From: an uncultured Pseudobdellovibrionaceae bacterium | GTDB lineage: Bacteria; Bdellovibrionota; Bdellovibrionia; Bdellovibrionales; UBA1609 | Length of the DNA stretch: 64,000 bases | Direction of reading: 5' to 3' | NCBI GenBank assembly: GCA_963803705.1 | Contig: CAWDNU010000003.1 | Coordinates: forward strand, 32,001 to 96,000 | In this document: positions 61,903-64,000 of the stretch, one piece after another | Layout: each line of letters opens with the position of its first letter | Position numbering within the stretch: the first letter of the stretch is position 1 | The notes under the pieces: generated by a model | Seen by the model: only the letters and a program-made list of their open reading frames with translations | What the model was told of the DNA's origin: nothing | Databases searched by the model: none | Program-made: the position numbers and the translations under genes

Positions 61903-62466
61903 ATGAAATGGTCCCATCAAAATATTTGGAGGATCAAAGACCCGTTAGTACGTTCTCGCATCGAGCAGGAATTAGATAGGTCAGGCCGACTTGCACCGGT
62001 CACCGGTAGCGAAAAATACTGGCGCGCTATAATAGAGAGTGACAAAATAAATTATCGCAGATCGCCTGAGTTGTACCGTATCGGTAAAGGCCAACAAGGG
62101 GTTTTGACCTCCGAACCCTACAAGTCCGAATTGCTTCCGCACTGGTGTTTCGCAACTGAAGAAAAAGCATTAGTTTCTGCCGACTCAATTTACCAGTTGT
62201 TTATGCACTATCTTAATAGTGAAGACTTCCCAGGCGCAGATATGGCAAAGAAGTTTCTTCATATGGGTTTCACCCGGGCCCGCCGCTACGCTAACCATGC
62301 TGGGGGACAAAAGTATTCACAGGAAGGTATTATAGTACAGCTACCTGACGCCCTTGAAAACGAAAAAGCTAGGTCTGCGAAAATTTTTAAAATCTTTTGG
62401 GATGAAGCCCGGAATGACAAGGCTTATAAAATGCTTAAGGCTGAATTTATAAAAAGATATTACTAG
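61903..62466 (+). CDS. DUF4385-family protein
   Basis: PELYRIGKGQQGVL..EPYKSELLPHW.F...DMAKKFLHMGFTRARRYANH. Confidence 0.88.
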   Translation: MKWSHQNIWRIKDPLVRSRIEQELDRSGRLAPVTGSEKYWRAIIESDKINYRRSPELYRIGKGQQGVLTSEPYKSELLPHWCFATEEKALVSADSIYQLFMHYLNSEDFPGADMAKKFLHMGFTRARRYANHAGGQKYSQEGIIVQLPDALENEKARSAKIFKIFWDEARNDKAYKMLKAEFIKRYY

Positions 62467-62545
62467 AAGCTAGTAACAAGGATGTGCCTGTTAGTTTAGT
62501 TGAGCTCATAAAGATTTATATTCGAGATCGTCCATCAAATTTATC

Positions 62546-63853
62546 TTAATTAGAATTCCAAGCAATTTCATTTGAATTTTTAAGCCATAGCAGAGGTAAT
62601 AAAGCAATCGAACCTAAAGTGGTGGTGAACAAAAAAAAGGCACTAAACGAGAAGCTTTCGATTATCCATCCAGCAAACCCCCCAAGCAGTCTAGGTAGTA
62701 GTGCCATTATTGAGGTGTAAAACGCAAATTGGGCTGATGAATATTTCTGGTTAGTAATGTTAGATAGAAAGACTAAGAATACAGTGCTTGCAACGCCTGA
62801 AAATAGATTTTCGAGTCCCACAACTATTGCCAGCAACAATACATTTTGGCCTGACCCAGTAAGTGTAAGATAGCCCAAATTAGTAAGTGAGCAAAGTACA
62901 ACGCTTGCCATGCAAATTTGAAAAAGCGAATATTTCGAAAGCAGATACCCTCCAAACAAAGCACCACCTAGTGCAGCCACAAGTCCAAACAGTTGATTTA
63001 CCACTGAGACAGTAAACAACGAGTAGTCAAGTTCTAACAGAAATAGATGAGTCACACCGCCCTGGAGCATATCCATCATTCTAAATGAAGTTAGAAACAT
63101 TAAAAGTAACATTAGAATTTTTATGCTGAACCGATTTTTAAAATCAGTCAAAAACCCCCAATAATGAAAGGTGGTTCTGGTTGTCCTCACTGAAGTCAAA
63201 GCCGAATTCATTAGTTCACCCACACCAAACGCGCTAAATATTAAAAATCCACCAACTGCATAACAACAAAGTTGCCAAGGGTAGGGATTATAGAACCCAG
63301 ACATGGTATCCGCCGAATAAATTGAAATAAAGATTAAGGTGAGTGACCCTGATGCTATCAAACCAAGTCTGTAGCCGGCCACAAATAGAGCTGATACACC
63401 TACAACATCGTTAGAATGGAAAGTTGAATTTCTGTAGCCATCAATGCTAGTGTCTAGTAGAGCTGAAGATAGAGTCGCAAGGGCTACAATGGCAAAAAAG
63501 GAATATAATTCTAAATTGCTTTCGGCGGGATCCACAGACCCTAGGCTAGCAACTAGAATTCCTGTTGAAACCAGTGAAACTAAAACCCACGCTTTTCTGA
63601 AATCAATAGAACTGAAAATTTTAAACCTTCGATCGAGTGCTGGTGCCCAAATAAATTTTAAAGAATAAGAAATACCCATCCAGCTCAAGTAGGTTATCTG
63701 AACTAGCGAAATTCCAGCATATTGCAACCAAACGCCAGTCACTGTCAGAAGGAAAAGTAATGGTAGAGCTGAAACTAAACCTAGCATCAAAGCCAAAAGC
63801 TTATCTTGCAAAGATAAGCTAAATTTATCTGGCACTAACTTTACTTCGCTCAA
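62546..63853 (-). CDS. ampG: AmpG-like muropeptide MFS permease
   Basis: LPLL, YSLKFIWAPALD, DTSIDGYR, GYRLG, YSSAQFA. Confidence 0.8.
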   Translation of the reverse strand: MSEVKLVPDKFSLSLQDKLLALMLGLVSALPLLFLLTVTGVWLQYAGISLVQITYLSWMGISYSLKFIWAPALDRRFKIFSSIDFRKAWVLVSLVSTGILVASLGSVDPAESNLELYSFFAIVALATLSSALLDTSIDGYRNSTFHSNDVVGVSALFVAGYRLGLIASGSLTLIFISIYSADTMSGFYNPYPWQLCCYAVGGFLIFSAFGVGELMNSALTSVRTTRTTFHYWGFLTDFKNRFSIKILMLLLMFLTSFRMMDMLQGGVTHLFLLELDYSLFTVSVVNQLFGLVAALGGALFGGYLLSKYSLFQICMASVVLCSLTNLGYLTLTGSGQNVLLLAIVVGLENLFSGVASTVFLVFLSNITNQKYSSAQFAFYTSIMALLPRLLGGFAGWIIESFSFSAFFLFTTTLGSIALLPLLWLKNSNEIAWNSN

Positions 63854-64000
63854 TGTTACCTGACCGCTTCAAATTTAATCTAAATTTCAATTGCAGGACT
63901 AGATAAGTTTAAGATCTGCATAAAGAATCTCTTCCTTGTTACCAGTGGATCTACATAGAATCTTTTTGGTTGGATGCGTTACCTGAGACCTACCACTGAG

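Overview
AT-rich bacterial chromosome segment; the secreted and lipoprotein repertoire suggests Bdellovibrionota, which is an inference. Positions 1-21.4 kb are mostly housekeeping: dnaJ/cbpA-like (partial), icd, tesA-ybbA-ybbP-like, an alpha/beta hydrolase, an MFS transporter, an APC permease, a CvfB-like protein, an exonuclease and a desaturase. This stretch is interrupted by a ~4.8-kb insert (IS91/ISCR remnant, lipoprotein operon, nrdB fragment) bracketed by a 213-bp direct repeat, and by a 125-bp MITE. Positions ~21.5-53.2 kb form an accessory island with three tyrosine recombinase genes plus a remnant of a fourth, seven toxin-antitoxin-like pairs, two umuDC copies, an SRAP protein, a RusA fragment and many secreted cargo proteins (trypsins, a 32-aa helical-repeat protein, a 21-aa LRR-like protein). 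The island is punctuated by 28-bp dif-like (11-6-11) sites that share half-sites, a fixed-spacing accessory motif (3 copies) and an ~85-bp terminator-containing repeat (4 copies). Together these suggest a Xer-like recombinase-driven cassette system for secreted proteins. Positions 53.3-64 kb return to ordinary genes (YqcI/YcgG + DUF1989, ion channel, EEP, SLT-like + trypsin, GlsB, DUF4385, AmpG-like). Several frameshifts lie in homopolymers and may be sequencing errors. No rRNA, tRNA or CRISPR array was seen.
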